64,000 nt of DNA from Lytechinus pictus (taxonomy: Eukaryota), in NCBI RefSeq assembly GCF_037042905.1, contig NC_087251.1, positions 21,330,001 to 21,394,000 on the forward strand, written 5' to 3'. The notes under the pieces were generated by a model that saw only the letters and a program-made list of their open reading frames with translations, had not been told where the DNA came from and made no database searches. The translations under genes and the position numbers were made by a program. Below are positions 63,016 through 64,000 of the stretch, piece by piece; position 1 is the first letter of the stretch, and the number at the start of each line of letters is the position of its first letter.

Positions 63016-64000
63016 ATGATGATGAAATGTAGGCTTAGTGGACAATTTAATTTCGTAAGTTATTTCCCTCTTCTTCAATTATTGTTATAGGTTATATATT
63101 TTTATGATGTATGAACCCTTAATATTGGAAGTAATAACCATCCATATCACTTAGAATTCGCCAAAGCTTGCCGACTGTAAACCTGACTCGACGTGTCTCG
63201 CGACGAGTACTGGTACCGGTACCAAAGTTAGTCGTAAATTAAGAAGCTCAGTCGCCCCGACTGGCGGCGCATCGTACTTTCCGAGCTTCGCTTGCACTCT
63301 GCACTGTTGCAGACTACATGTAGGCCAGGCCCAACCACACGTACTGCGAGGTTAGTATTACTATTAGTATCTGGCCAGGCCAGATTTTGACTCCTAACAC
63401 GGGACCAACATCATGCATCATTTGCTGCCGTGTCCTTTCATGCCTTTAGTAGGGTGTCTGAAGCCACACTGAAAAGTGTCAGCATAAAACAGGCTGATTT
63501 AGGGGAAAATATGGCACATTTTTTCGGGGAAGTTCAGGCTACTAGAAAAATGTGATCTGAATTGATTATTAACTTGTGTTTGGCATGTATGGAAAGAGAA
63601 AATTCAGGGGCTTCTTTTGACAGTAAGGACAAGTTTATATGATCATTTTAAATAAGGATTTAGAGATAAATTGCAAACCCTTATTTTTGTGTGTGTTGAG
63701 ATTGCCATTTCTCCATGCGTTTTCTATGGGAAAATGAAATTTCTGTTTTGCACAATTTTTTTCACTTTGTCGCAATTTTTCATTGTGATCTGGTTTCCAA
63801 ATCTTTATAAAAATCATACCATCAGCAGGGTGCTACATAACTTTTTTGAAGCACTTGCCCAGTCGGGCAAGCAAATTTTCAAATAGTTGGAAAATACTTG
63901 CCCGAATATAGATTTCACTTGCCCGAAAAAATCCTTCAAAACAAAGTTTTATTGCTTCAAAACAAGTTATAGCCTTATAGTTTTACATACCATACCATTG

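Noticed and set aside
62440..63400. CpG-richer stretch as a promoter
   Set aside because: It lies partly inside a TIR element and no linked exon could be identified, so the evidence is insufficient.

Overview
This is AT-rich animal genomic DNA dominated by transposons. The repeat families and intron style suggest a marine invertebrate, possibly a sea urchin; that is an inference only. I can support two host genes, both on the minus strand. One is an intronless-CDS alpha-1,3-fucosyltransferase of family GT10 (31318-32583). The other is a six-coding-exon gene that I spliced by hand (47468-53368, ~618 aa), with a disordered N-half, a coiled-coil C-half and a terminal CaaX box (CALM). The rest is deeply nested mobile DNA: a 7.5-kb foldback element carrying arrays of GTTGCCATGGCAAC; a solo LTR; an L2/CR1-group LINE interrupted by a composite hAT-type element and, in frame, by a second LINE (this produces the chimeric 1239-aa double-RT ORF); a Tx1/L1 fragment; a tRNA-headed SINE split by a foldback element; and many MITEs with readable target-site duplications (TSDs). 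The most unusual structures are a near-perfect 560-bp palindrome with a neighbouring hairpin whose loop is in the flipped orientation (25537-26247), and interlocked inverted repeats around a tRNA-like fold (58468-59010). All coordinates and counts were read by eye. Family names come from terminal and TSD signatures and protein motifs, not from database searches.
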